A stretch of DNA of 43,506 bases from positions 1-43,506 of the IMG/VR virus record IMGVR_UViG_3300033485_000037; one strand, given 5' to 3'. Made by a program: the position numbers and the translations under genes. Under the pieces are notes generated by a model. The model did no database searches, had not been told where the DNA came from, and was given only the letters and a program-made list of their open reading frames with translations. The DNA comes from a virus (taxonomy: Duplodnaviria; Caudoviricetes). Positions 27,637 to 37,197 of the stretch are shown here, one piece after another. The first letter of the stretch is position 1; every line of letters starts with the position of its first letter.

Positions 27637-27670
27637 GTTTGCAAGAGTTTGTAACAGTTGGTAAGAGTTC
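27631..27670. repeat. Four phased 10-bp direct repeats
   Basis: GTATAAGTTT GCAAGAGTTT GTAACAGTTG GTAAGAGTTC. Confidence 0.75.
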
Positions 27671-27692
27671 GTATGTTATTTCTCCCCGCCTC

Positions 27693-27722
27693 TTGACATC
27701 GCAATATCAATAGCTCTACCGT
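27693..27722 (+). promoter_or_regulatory. Putative late promoter
   Basis: TTGACA, 18 nt, TACCGT (weak -10) upstream of the packaging operon. Confidence 0.45.
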
Positions 27723-27804
27723 AGATTGACTGACAGGACGCTGCAACCTGGTAACAGCGCACGCATAGCGAGTTGGCAGTAAGATCCAACAAGATACCCT
27801 AATA

Positions 27805-28074
27805 ATGTCAAAACATAAATCGCAGGATCGCAAATCTGTTGAGTTAGCAGACCCGCGCCCAGGCCAAGCAACACACATATCTAGAAATCGTGCTTATGAG
27901 CACTGTGCCGCGGGTCTTGCTTATTTTCTGAAAGACGGAAGGCTCAAGTTTCGTCAGCGATTTGCCAATAATCAGAGCCGATCCGGTTCGGATGTTTACG
28001 TGCAGGGCGTGATCAACTGGCGCGGCGAAGAGCCGATAAAATCCTTCCACAAACCGGGAGAGGTCAGGTGTTGA
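27805..28074 (+). CDS. Hypothetical protein
   Basis: 89 aa ORF before TerS; weak RBS. Confidence 0.4.
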   Translation: MSKHKSQDRKSVELADPRPGQATHISRNRAYEHCAAGLAYFLKDGRLKFRQRFANNQSRSGSDVYVQGVINWRGEEPIKSFHKPGEVRC

Positions 28075-28075
28075 C

Positions 28076-28360
28076 ATGGTTCGCCACGTAGGAACGGGCG
28101 GCCGCATTCCGGGAGCAGGCCGCAAGCCCGGATGCAAGACGCTCGTAAAACGCGCCGAAGCTGCCGACATATTGGGCTCCATCGACGAAATGGCCCTATG
28201 GCAGAAATTATTGAAAAGCAAATCCGAGAAAATCGTTCTGGATGCCATAAAGTACCTGACTGACCGCAGGGACGGCAAAGCGGTTGAGGCCGTGAAGCTG
28301 AGCGGCGATAACGCAAGTCCTATTGAGATTCTTGTGAGGCATATTGGTACTGACGATTGA
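28076..28360 (+). CDS. terS: Terminase small subunit (probable)
   Basis: 'GGRIPGAGRKPG' motif, directly upstream of TerL. Confidence 0.65.
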   Translation: MVRHVGTGGRIPGAGRKPGCKTLVKRAEAADILGSIDEMALWQKLLKSKSEKIVLDAIKYLTDRRDGKAVEAVKLSGDNASPIEILVRHIGTDD

Positions 28361-29870
28361 TCTGCAGCCGAAGCAGGGGCAGCTCTACGACCTCATGGAG
28401 CATAGCGACTGCATCAACATCGGCTATGGCGGATCGCGCGGCGGGGGCAAGTCTCACGGCGCCCGGGCGATCATGCTGCTCCGGCGCATCGAGCATAAGC
28501 GGACTCCCGGGCTTATATTCCGCCGCACTTATCCCGAGCTTCTAGCTAATCACATCGAGCCGATCTTCAAGGAATACCCGGCCCTGCGGCCATATTACAA
28601 CGTGGGCGATAAGATTCTGCGCCTGCCCGAGAAGATGGGCGGAGGCTCAATCAGCTTCGGCTATGCCGAAAATCCCGGCGATCTCGGGCATTTCCAGGGC
28701 CATCAATACATGGACATCCTGATTGATGAGGCAACGAAGCTGCGCCAGGATGAGATTGATTTCCTGCGTACCATACGCCGATGCCCCGGTGTTCCAGACC
28801 TATCCTGTAAGATGGTCCTGACCTGTAACCCGGGCGGAGTGGGCCATAACTACATCAAGCGCGTGATGATCGACCGGCTATTCCAGGAAAATGAAATACC
28901 GGAATCATTCGCGTTCATACCGGCGTTTGGATGGGATAACGTCGAGTGGGCTCGTGCTGCCTTGGCCGACGATAAACTGAACGCCAGGGCCTACTACTCC
29001 TGGACCGACGATCAGCGCTTCCGGTACTTTATTACACGGACGCAGTACGGCCGGGATCTGAACGCCCTGCCTGAAACTCTGAGGATTCAGCATCTATTGG
29101 GCCGATGGGATTATTTCGAGGGCCAGGTGTTCCCCGAGTTCAACGCCAAAGATCACAATCTCGACAACTGGCTGGACCCCGATGACGAGGACGCGATTAT
29201 TGATTTCGTCCGGGATCAGCGCAAAGTCAATGCCCACGATCATGCCTCAACCGGGATCAGCGCGCATCTGCTTACGGCCATAAACTGCGATGAGGACGTG
29301 TTCGCCTATGCCGAGTATTACCGCAAGGACCGGCTGATCAGCGAACATTCCAAGTCGATCAAAACTCTCATCGAGCCCTTTGGACAGCCGGAATACACGC
29401 TGATTGACCCGAGCACGGAAGCCAAAACGCTGCAGAACGGCAAAGAGCTTTACTCCGTGCAATACGCTTATCAGTTGCAGGGATTGTCTATGCTGGCAGC
29501 GCATAGGGCGAGCATAGAGGTCGGGATTGATCTCATCAAGGAGCACTTGAAAGTCAATCCGCTGCATCGCAATCCATTCACGCAAATGGGTCCGTCCGCC
29601 AGGTTGTTTGTTTCGCAAAGGCGCTGCCCGAATCTGTGGCGCGAGATGAGCGAGCTGCAGGTGCAGAACGAGGACGGCAAGATCACTTATATCGGCTCCG
29701 ATCATGCCAACGATTGCCTGAGATACATTCTCGTCAGCCGTCCAAAAGCTGCGGCTCAGAAGCAGATGGACATCCTGCAGCTTCCTACCATACAGCAGAT
29801 AGCGACTCGGGCGGCGGATAAGTTTTCACAGACATTCGGGCGGGATCGCAACGAAGGGAGCTGGTACTGA
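28344..29870 (+). CDS. terL: Terminase large subunit
   Basis: YGGSRGGGKS Walker A, ILIDEAT Walker B, TCNPGG, C-terminal DHANDCLRY. Confidence 0.95.
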   Translation: MVLTIDLQPKQGQLYDLMEHSDCINIGYGGSRGGGKSHGARAIMLLRRIEHKRTPGLIFRRTYPELLANHIEPIFKEYPALRPYYNVGDKILRLPEKMGGGSISFGYAENPGDLGHFQGHQYMDILIDEATKLRQDEIDFLRTIRRCPGVPDLSCKMVLTCNPGGVGHNYIKRVMIDRLFQENEIPESFAFIPAFGWDNVEWARAALADDKLNARAYYSWTDDQRFRYFITRTQYGRDLNALPETLRIQHLLGRWDYFEGQVFPEFNAKDHNLDNWLDPDDEDAIIDFVRDQRKVNAHDHASTGISAHLLTAINCDEDVFAYAEYYRKDRLISEHSKSIKTLIEPFGQPEYTLIDPSTEAKTLQNGKELYSVQYAYQLQGLSMLAAHRASIEVGIDLIKEHLKVNPLHRNPFTQMGPSARLFVSQRRCPNLWREMSELQVQNEDGKITYIGSDHANDCLRYILVSRPKAAAQKQMDILQLPTIQQIATRAADKFSQTFGRDRNEGSWY

Positions 29871-29911
29871 TGGGACTGCATATATACATCGACGATGGGA
29901 AGGGGGATGAA

Positions 29912-30097
29912 ATGCCAGCGAAAAGCAAGGCGCAGCTCAGGGCGATGGCCGTAGCGATGCACAATCCAGGCAAGCTATTTGCCCGCAACAAGGGATTGGC
30001 GGAGATGGACAAGAAGGACTTGCGGGATTTTGCCGGGACGAAAGAGAAGGGATTGCCTGAGAAGCTAGGGGATTGGAAGCGGAGGAAAGGGAAATGA
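29912..30097 (+). CDS. DUF3008-like small basic protein
   Basis: 'MPAKSKAQ..DLRDFAGTKEKGLPEK'. Confidence 0.65.
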   Translation: MPAKSKAQLRAMAVAMHNPGKLFARNKGLAEMDKKDLRDFAGTKEKGLPEKLGDWKRRKGK

Positions 30098-30393
30098 GCG
30101 ACAAGGTAGTGAAGATCAAGTGCCCGAAATGCGGCGGGGACTTGAGGATACATCAGCCTGTGATCGTGAGGCTGGATAATGGCGTGATGAGCCAGGTAAC
30201 GCTTGTTCCGGGATGGAGCGCGGATGAGCGGATGTGCAAAGGATGCGGAAGCATGGTGAGTCCTGTGTTTACGGCTGAGCTGCCGATTATGTGGGCGGCG
30301 ATGGAAGCATCCCAAGAGCCGGAGGAGAAGAAGATCATTCAGCCGAACATGGTGCTGCCTGTGGACTTTAAGAGAAAGATGAAGATGTACTGA
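30094..30393 (+). CDS. Zinc-ribbon protein
   Basis: CPKCG and CKGCG. Confidence 0.6.
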   Translation: MSDKVVKIKCPKCGGDLRIHQPVIVRLDNGVMSQVTLVPGWSADERMCKGCGSMVSPVFTAELPIMWAAMEASQEPEEKKIIQPNMVLPVDFKRKMKMY

Positions 30394-30397
30394 AGCC

Positions 30398-32626
30398 GTG
30401 GCGAAGACGATTCTGAAGTATAAGATCAGGTCCGGGGAAGCTCCGGCGCTGCCTGGAACGCCGACGCTGCCTACAACCTTCTCTACGTCATACTCCGCTC
30501 CTGCCACTACCCACGAAGTAGGAAGCGGGAAGGAATACACGGATCTTCAGGTTGCCTTGGATGCCGCCGCAGATGCAAATGCCAACTGGACGCTTATCCT
30601 GACTGCAGGGGAAACATTCACGGGACTATTCAAATTGAAACCCAAGAGCGGGCCTTATTGGACGTATGTTATCTCTTCCGATCTGGCAAGCCTTCCTGAA
30701 GGGATTCGTGTGGCTCCGGCTGACGATACTCACATGCCGATCATAACGGCTCCTGTGTATGCGGGCAACTATATTCCCGCTCTGGCATCTTGGAAGAATG
30801 CAAGTTACTATCGGTTCTGCGGGATAAAAATAACTGCGCCGGAGCAAACCACAGCAACAGTCGTGAGTCTCGGATTGGGTTCCGCTAATTATTCAGACTC
30901 TTATTACAGTTGGGACTGGGTTACAAGCCAAGCGGATTGCCCTTCCTATATCTGGTTTGACAGATGCCATGTAACTTCGGAATTAACCAAGTACGAAGCC
31001 AACTATTGGATGATTTGCGCTCTTTCGCTTGCTGGCAAGTACATTGCAACCATCGACAGTTACGTTGATAATGCCCACTACTACGGGGATGAATCATACG
31101 CCATCCACATAAATCAAGGGGAAGGCCCATATAAAGTGGTCAACAATTTCCTTGAAGGTAACGGGATGAATTTCTTTGTCGGCGGGTCCGACACCCATAT
31201 TCTCGATGACATCCCTTCTGACATTGAATTTCGCCGCAACTATTGCTTCAAGCGGGCATCTTGGGGAGCGAATACAACGCTATCCGCTGGTATCGACGAT
31301 ATAGTTACAACGATTCCAGTGGTAAGCACGGCGAATTTTGCGTCATCGGGTTTGATAACAATAGACAGCGAGATAATTAAATACGCATCAAAAGATGCGA
31401 CTAACTTCCTATCGTGTACCAGAGGTTATGATGGTACTGCGGTATCTCATCTTTCCGGCACATGGGTAAGCGTACCCGGATCTCAGAAAAACGATGTTGA
31501 AGTGAAGTTCGGAAAGCGCATCCTGATCGAAGGCAATTTCTTAGGGCCGGTAACAAAAAATAGCGGCCAGCAAAATTGCGTTGCTATGTCCTTCACAACC
31601 AAGAATCAATACGGAACTATGCCGTGGAGTGAAATCAGCGATGTGACAGTGCGCTATAACAAAATGCAAACATGTGGACAAGGCTTGAGATTGACGGGAA
31701 CCAGTTATGAGGCCGGGGGGAGTGGTGGATATACAGACTTGGTTGCAGCAAGCGATCACAATACCAGCAAGAAGGTTTCAAGCGCAGTTCGTATATTCCC
31801 TGCTGATTACGACGGGCAAATGATAAAGATCAGCGGAACCAACTGGACTACAGGGTATTACACCGTTGTTACAAGGATTGATGACCACACCATCACGCTT
31901 GATGCGGTTGCAGCTCCCAATAACACAACAGGGGGCACATGGAACGAGTGTATGGGCATGAGAAGGATACTTGTTCACGACAACGCATTCCTAGACATAA
32001 ACGGAAGAGTTGTTGGAAATGATTCCGCCTATAGCGTTCAAATCAGTGCTAATGACGAATGGCCCATCACCGACTTGGTTATAAAGAATAACCTATTTCT
32101 CCATAACGGCAGGGGGTGGATGTGGGCTTATGTTGCGGGCGGTACAACCAATCATACCGGTGCAACGGGAATGAAAATATACGACAACATATCAAGTCCC
32201 GCAGATGGACTTGCGTATGGAGACAGTAAGGCCAACGGCACATCGGCCCTCGACTACTATACGCCAAATAATGATTTCCAGAAAAACGTGTGGGTGCTCA
32301 GAACCATAGATACTACCCATGCGGCTGATGTGGCGTGTTTCGGTGGGACGGAGCCTTATCCCTCTCTAGATGCCAACGGCAAGTTTCCCTACTCTGCAAG
32401 TCTAGTGCGTGGTTGGGGGCCGGACGGCATCCCTACTGTTGAGTTCACAACTGCTCCGGCAGAAACCGTTACCGACCCGGAAACCTATTACGACGGAACG
32501 TACGACTTCACACTTGCGGCTGGCTCCCCATATAAAGGGCAAAGCACTACAGGCGGTGATCCTGGGCCGAATTGGACGCTTCTTAATTCTTATACTCTTC
32601 ACAGTAAAGACGGAGACTGGTCATGA
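30398..32626 (+). CDS. Large parallel beta-helix (polysaccharide-lyase-like) virion protein
   Basis: 'DLQVALDAA..LTAGETFTG..GPYKVVNNFLEG..PSDIEFRRNY..RILIEGN..DVTVRYN' beta-helix rungs. Confidence 0.7.
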   Translation: MAKTILKYKIRSGEAPALPGTPTLPTTFSTSYSAPATTHEVGSGKEYTDLQVALDAAADANANWTLILTAGETFTGLFKLKPKSGPYWTYVISSDLASLPEGIRVAPADDTHMPIITAPVYAGNYIPALASWKNASYYRFCGIKITAPEQTTATVVSLGLGSANYSDSYYSWDWVTSQADCPSYIWFDRCHVTSELTKYEANYWMICALSLAGKYIATIDSYVDNAHYYGDESYAIHINQGEGPYKVVNNFLEGNGMNFFVGGSDTHILDDIPSDIEFRRNYCFKRASWGANTTLSAGIDDIVTTIPVVSTANFASSGLITIDSEIIKYASKDATNFLSCTRGYDGTAVSHLSGTWVSVPGSQKNDVEVKFGKRILIEGNFLGPVTKNSGQQNCVAMSFTTKNQYGTMPWSEISDVTVRYNKMQTCGQGLRLTGTSYEAGGSGGYTDLVAASDHNTSKKVSSAVRIFPADYDGQMIKISGTNWTTGYYTVVTRIDDHTITLDAVAAPNNTTGGTWNECMGMRRILVHDNAFLDINGRVVGNDSAYSVQISANDEWPITDLVIKNNLFLHNGRGWMWAYVAGGTTNHTGATGMKIYDNISSPADGLAYGDSKANGTSALDYYTPNNDFQKNVWVLRTIDTTHAADVACFGGTEPYPSLDANGKFPYSASLVRGWGPDGIPTVEFTTAPAETVTDPETYYDGTYDFTLAAGSPYKGQSTTGGDPGPNWTLLNSYTLHSKDGDWS

Positions 32627-33279
32627 CGAAGTTATTTGATTGGCAGATGGAGAATACTCTCACCGCTGACTACAGCGCAGGGGATAGTAGCGGAACAGGT
32701 AGCGGCACTTATGAGTTTGATGGAACCACAAAGCATGACGGTTCATACAGCTTAAAGGCTCTTGTCGTTGATGACATGGTTTTATACGATGTTGTCTCTC
32801 TCGATATAGTCAAAAACACAGGATGCATAAAGGCATGGGTACGCTTCAATGGAGCGATAGCGGCTAACATCAATCCTGTCTATGTAACATTTGATGGAAG
32901 TAATGAGCTATACCTGAATGTGACCAATATCGCCAGCACATTGTATGCCGGAATGACTTATATTGGCGGTGGAGCCAGTGTCTATCCCGATGTTGATGCA
33001 AACACTATTGTAGTCGCAGACACCTGGTATGAGTTTATTGCACGATGGAGGACTGGAACTACAAATCCGTCATTGTCTTTTCAGCTTGGGACTGGGACTG
33101 CGATCACGGTTGACACCGATCTAACCGCATGGACTACAACGACGGGCTTGCTGCGAATAGGCAATTATGGTGTCAGCTCGCCTACGGTGTGGGTAGATAA
33201 CCTCCGAATCTACGATGATTGGGATGGGACGGAGGGGGGGCCTCAACCTCCGGTTCTCCTCAGGTATGAGGTCTTTTGA
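32623..33279 (+). CDS. LamG/concanavalin-A-like lectin-fold protein
   Basis: 'AWVRF..DTWYEF..LRIG..VWVDNLRIY'. Confidence 0.6.
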   Translation: MTKLFDWQMENTLTADYSAGDSSGTGSGTYEFDGTTKHDGSYSLKALVVDDMVLYDVVSLDIVKNTGCIKAWVRFNGAIAANINPVYVTFDGSNELYLNVTNIASTLYAGMTYIGGGASVYPDVDANTIVVADTWYEFIARWRTGTTNPSLSFQLGTGTAITVDTDLTAWTTTTGLLRIGNYGVSSPTVWVDNLRIYDDWDGTEGGPQPPVLLRYEVF

Positions 33280-33998
33280 TGGCAACGGCGACTCTAACCA
33301 CGGCGGATAATCCGAGCAGCCCGTGGGCTACGCCTACCAATGCCTATAACCTCATAATTGAGTGCTTTGGCGCAGGCGGAGCGGGCGGCGGTTCGATGAA
33401 TGCCGCTTCTCAGGGGGCCGGAGGCGGCGGTGGTGGTGGAGCGTATGCCAAGCTGACGATTGCCGCTCCTTCCGGGAACTACAATTACAGCGTAGGAACG
33501 GCCGGGATCCATGTTTCAGGAGCGAATAAGGGCGGAGATGGCCTTGTGTCATGGTTTAAGAGCAATGATTCAGCCGGATGCGTGGCAGCGCCGGGAATTG
33601 GAGGCGATCCGGGCACAGCGGGAGCTGGCGGGAATGGAGGAGCCGGAGGGTCAACCGCTTTAAGCTATGGTGACACGGAATGGGCTGGAGGGGCTGGAGC
33701 CGCAGGCGTGCAGAATAGCGTGGGCGGTGGCGGCGGTGAAGGTTCCGGCGGAGCCGCTGCGGGAAATGGCGCTATAGGTCAGGCTGGAGGCACCGGAACG
33801 GCAGGCGGGGATGGCGGCGCGGGCGGAGCCGTTCACGGTGACGGCGCTACTGCCACAGGCAATGGAGGCGGTGGCGGCGGCGGCGGACATGCAAACAACA
33901 CCAATTCCCGGCTCGGAGGCGATGGCGCTCCGGGCAAGATCATTTTGACATGGGGCGTCAGATATCTTCCCACGCCTAGCGATAATTTAGAGGATTAA
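33279..33998 (+). CDS. Glycine-rich virion protein 1
   Basis: 'IECFGAGGAGG..GGGGGGAYAK..GGDGAPGKIILTW'. Confidence 0.75.
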   Translation: MATATLTTADNPSSPWATPTNAYNLIIECFGAGGAGGGSMNAASQGAGGGGGGGAYAKLTIAAPSGNYNYSVGTAGIHVSGANKGGDGLVSWFKSNDSAGCVAAPGIGGDPGTAGAGGNGGAGGSTALSYGDTEWAGGAGAAGVQNSVGGGGGEGSGGAAAGNGAIGQAGGTGTAGGDGGAGGAVHGDGATATGNGGGGGGGGHANNTNSRLGGDGAPGKIILTWGVRYLPTPSDNLED

Positions 33999-34736
33999 GT
34001 GCCTACAGAAACCCTTACACCGGCATCCGGCAGTCCGTGGGCAACTCCCATAGGGACTGTGAATCTGGTAATTGAATGTTGGGGGTCGGGAGCTGCGGGC
34101 GGCGGGAATGCAACTACATCGGATGGTGGCGGAGGAGGCGGAGGTGGAGCTTACTCCAAGAAGACTATTGCTTCACCGTCAGGTAATTACAATTTCTCCG
34201 TGGGCTCTGGAGGCGTAGGAGTTCAGGGCGGGAATGGCAATAACGGCAACACGACCTGGTTCGTTTCAAACGATGCTGCCGGATGCGTTGCCGCAGGCGG
34301 TGTCAGCGGGAAGGCTCCTGTCGGCGGGAATGGCGGCGTAGCGGGCTCGGGAGGCTTGGCCGCTTCCGGATATGGTGATGTTAAATACGATGGCGGATGG
34401 GGCAATACGGGGAGAAATGCGACCAGCGGGCAGGGAGGCGCCGGAGGATCATCTGCCGGAACTGCCGCTGCCGGTGTAACCGTTGGAACTGCGGGAGCGT
34501 TTTCAATGACTCCGACCACTCCCCCGACTGATGGCGGGATCGGCGGAGTAGGCGGTGCCGCTGGCGGGAATGGAGTCGCTCCGGCTTCCGGAAATGGCGG
34601 AGGCGGAGGCGGGAGCGGAGATTCAACGGGAACATCCAGGACCGGAGGGGACGGGGCTGATGGCAAAATCGTACTGACCTATACCATTTCCTACACCCCG
34701 CTTACGTATCCTTTTGGGGAAAATTCGGAGTTATAA
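33999..34736 (+). CDS. Glycine-rich virion protein 2, paralog
   Basis: 'IECWGSGAAGG..GGGGGGAYSK..GGDGADGKIVLTY'. Confidence 0.75.
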   Translation: MPTETLTPASGSPWATPIGTVNLVIECWGSGAAGGGNATTSDGGGGGGGGAYSKKTIASPSGNYNFSVGSGGVGVQGGNGNNGNTTWFVSNDAAGCVAAGGVSGKAPVGGNGGVAGSGGLAASGYGDVKYDGGWGNTGRNATSGQGGAGGSSAGTAAAGVTVGTAGAFSMTPTTPPTDGGIGGVGGAAGGNGVAPASGNGGGGGGSGDSTGTSRTGGDGADGKIVLTYTISYTPLTYPFGENSEL

Positions 34737-34858
34737 CATGGGCGCAGAAGATAAATTGAACATAACGGAAAGTACTGCCGCAGTTCTTGTATGCGCTCGA
34801 TGCAAGAACGCAGTCAAATCCAACGAGCAACATCAATGCAAACAACAGGAGAATAAAA

Positions 34859-35404
34859 ATGAGAAAATCAAAGAAACATGGAGCCGTAGCAACTCAGGGA
34901 CTCCATTCCGCATTTGAAACGATTGGGCTGCGTGGCGGCATCGAAGTCTGCATGAAAAATGCCTTCACCGGCGAGGACATCATACACGAAACCGGGGAAA
35001 ACGTCGTTCTGTATATCGGCAGAAACATGCTGATGACAATGGCGCTGGCTACCGCGACGCACAATGCAATCGTTCCCTGCCTTGTGATCGGCTCGGGCAC
35101 AACCGCTACGGCCGCAACGCATACCGGCCCTCTGGCCTACTTCACATTCAAGACAGGCGGGATTGCCCAGACTACCCAGAGCGGCGGAACGGGCCAGCCA
35201 TTGTTCGCGTTCACGGGCTCATGGGAGTCCACGGAGCTGACCGTCACGGGATTCAATGTGATTCAGGAGTTCTGCCTTGCGTTCAATAGCGCAACGAACT
35301 CAGGCAGCTCGAACGCCACGTACTTTAACAGGTATCTGAGCGCAAGCGCAATAAACGCCACGACATCAAATCAACTGTTGGTGACTTTTACTTGTTCATT
35401 CTAA
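34859..35404 (+). CDS. Thr-rich structural protein
   Basis: AGGAG RBS; 'ENVVLYIGRN..IGSGTTA..EFCL..LLVTF' pattern seen in phage fibre-associated proteins. Confidence 0.55.
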   Translation: MRKSKKHGAVATQGLHSAFETIGLRGGIEVCMKNAFTGEDIIHETGENVVLYIGRNMLMTMALATATHNAIVPCLVIGSGTTATAATHTGPLAYFTFKTGGIAQTTQSGGTGQPLFAFTGSWESTELTVTGFNVIQEFCLAFNSATNSGSSNATYFNRYLSASAINATTSNQLLVTFTCSF

Positions 35405-35437
35405 ACAACTTACAGACATGGAGGTGTTGCTTACAAC

Positions 35438-36067
35438 ATGGGAAATAAGGCGAATCAATCCGTAGTCGATGATTTTCACAAGCTCTGGTACAACCTGCAG
35501 TTCACGGTGAACTGGCAGGGAGTGGATATTCAGAAGAATCCGATGGATCTTATTATGTATCAAGAGATCCTGTATGAGTGTCGGCCCGATCTGATCATAG
35601 AATGCGGCACATGGCATGGCGGGTCGGCACTCTATCTGGCCCAACTATGCGACTTGCAGCAGCATGGAATGATCCTGACGATTGATCTCAATAGATGGAT
35701 CGGTTTTCCGCAGCACTCCCGGATCATCTATATGACCGGGAGCACCGTGGAGGACAAAATCCTGAAACAAGTGAAGGCTTTCACCGGCGGCTTTCAGAAG
35801 GTGATGGTCATCCTGGATAGCGATCACACAAAATCTCATGTGCTGAAAGAGCTGGAGGCATACTCGGGATTCGTAACCCCACGGCAATATCTGATAGTGG
35901 AGGATACGAATATTCATAATCATCCGGTCAGAGATGATCTTCCTGCGGGGCCGTATGAGGCGGTTCAGTCCTGGATTCCGAAGCATGAGGAATTCATTAT
36001 CGACAAGGCATGTGAGCGGTTCCTTTATACGCACAATCCTTCGGGCTACCTGCGGAGGGTGAAATAG
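35438..36067 (+). CDS. CmcI family O-methyltransferase
   Basis: 'WQGVDIQKNPMDL.MYQEIL..PDLIIECGTWHGGSAL..VILDSDH..YLIVEDT'. Confidence 0.9.
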   Translation: MGNKANQSVVDDFHKLWYNLQFTVNWQGVDIQKNPMDLIMYQEILYECRPDLIIECGTWHGGSALYLAQLCDLQQHGMILTIDLNRWIGFPQHSRIIYMTGSTVEDKILKQVKAFTGGFQKVMVILDSDHTKSHVLKELEAYSGFVTPRQYLIVEDTNIHNHPVRDDLPAGPYEAVQSWIPKHEEFIIDKACERFLYTHNPSGYLRRVK

Positions 36068-37197
36068 TGCCATACCCACACATGAACAACATGCTGTTCG
36101 GTATGCCAATGACCGGAAGGCCCATTCCACCGGCGGTTATGTTTGCATTCCATAGTATGTGCCTGCCGATGAATTTCAATTACAGCATGTCCCAAATCAT
36201 CGGCAAGCCCATTGATGAGGCCAGAAATATATTCGCTGAAACAGCGATTGCAAACGACTGCAAATACATCTTCACCTGGGACGAGGATGTCGCGTGTCCT
36301 CCGCAAACGATTCCCGAGCTTGTTTATAAGATGGAGCATACTCCCGATGCGGCCGTGATCGGCGGCGTGTACTGTTTAAAGCGCGATCCGGCTGAACCGC
36401 TTGTGTTTCGTGGAAACGGAAACGGTTCCTATTGGGATTGGAAAGCGGGGGAGTTTTTCGAGGTAAGCGGTATCGGAATGGGCTGCACGCTGATCCGCAC
36501 GGAAGTGTTCAAGGATCTTAAAAAACCCTGGTTCAAGACCGAGTTCAATTACTCCCGAATGCTCGACGGAAACGGCGGCCTGGAATCGTGGACCGAGGAT
36601 TTGTGGTTCTGCGAACGGATAAACCAAACCGGCAAATGGAAAGTGTATTGCGATGCCTCTCTGCTATGCAGCCACTACGACATGACAACCTGCAAAGCCT
36701 ATTCGCTTCCACCGGACAGTAAGCCTGTGCAGCATTTGCAGGCTCCCCGGGGAAAATTGAAGATGCTCGATCTCGGCAGCGGCATGACTCCATACGATAC
36801 GAAAGAGGGATTCGTCATTCATGCCGATTCCAACGAGAAAGCAAAACCGGATTATAGATGCGATCTCAGGAAATTGCCTTTCGCTACGGGCGAATACGAC
36901 ATTGTATTCAGTCCTGCGCTCGAGCAGTTCGAGGAAACGAACGAAGTACTTTCCGAATGGATACGGTGCATGAAGCCGGACGGGGAACTGCGCCTGGTAA
37001 TCTCGGACGTTGAATGGGCGGCAAAGGAACTGCTGGCGGGGAAACTGAAACCGGCGCAGCTCTACGGAGCAAAGAAGCTATCCGCCTTCACATACGAAAG
37101 CCTGGTGGAAATTCTGAAGGAAGCCGGACTCGGAGATATTGAAAAAGTGAAGTCCGATCCGGCGCACATTGCGGTAAGAGCTAAAAAGGTGATCTAA
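36067..37197 (+). CDS. GT2-like glycosyltransferase fused to class I SAM methyltransferase
   Basis: WDEDV (DxD), GMGCTLI, EDLWFC; then LDLGSG, DLRKLPF, MKPDG. Confidence 0.85.
   Translation: MPYPHMNNMLFGMPMTGRPIPPAVMFAFHSMCLPMNFNYSMSQIIGKPIDEARNIFAETAIANDCKYIFTWDEDVACPPQTIPELVYKMEHTPDAAVIGGVYCLKRDPAEPLVFRGNGNGSYWDWKAGEFFEVSGIGMGCTLIRTEVFKDLKKPWFKTEFNYSRMLDGNGGLESWTEDLWFCERINQTGKWKVYCDASLLCSHYDMTTCKAYSLPPDSKPVQHLQAPRGKLKMLDLGSGMTPYDTKEGFVIHADSNEKAKPDYRCDLRKLPFATGEYDIVFSPALEQFEETNEVLSEWIRCMKPDGELRLVISDVEWAAKELLAGKLKPAQLYGAKKLSAFTYESLVEILKEAGLGDIEKVKSDPAHIAVRAKKVI

Noticed and set aside
33279-34736. One gene split by a reassigned or read-through TAA
   Set aside because: The ORFs are in frame, but each is a complete paralogous domain, the second has a GAGGA RBS, and other genes use standard stops.
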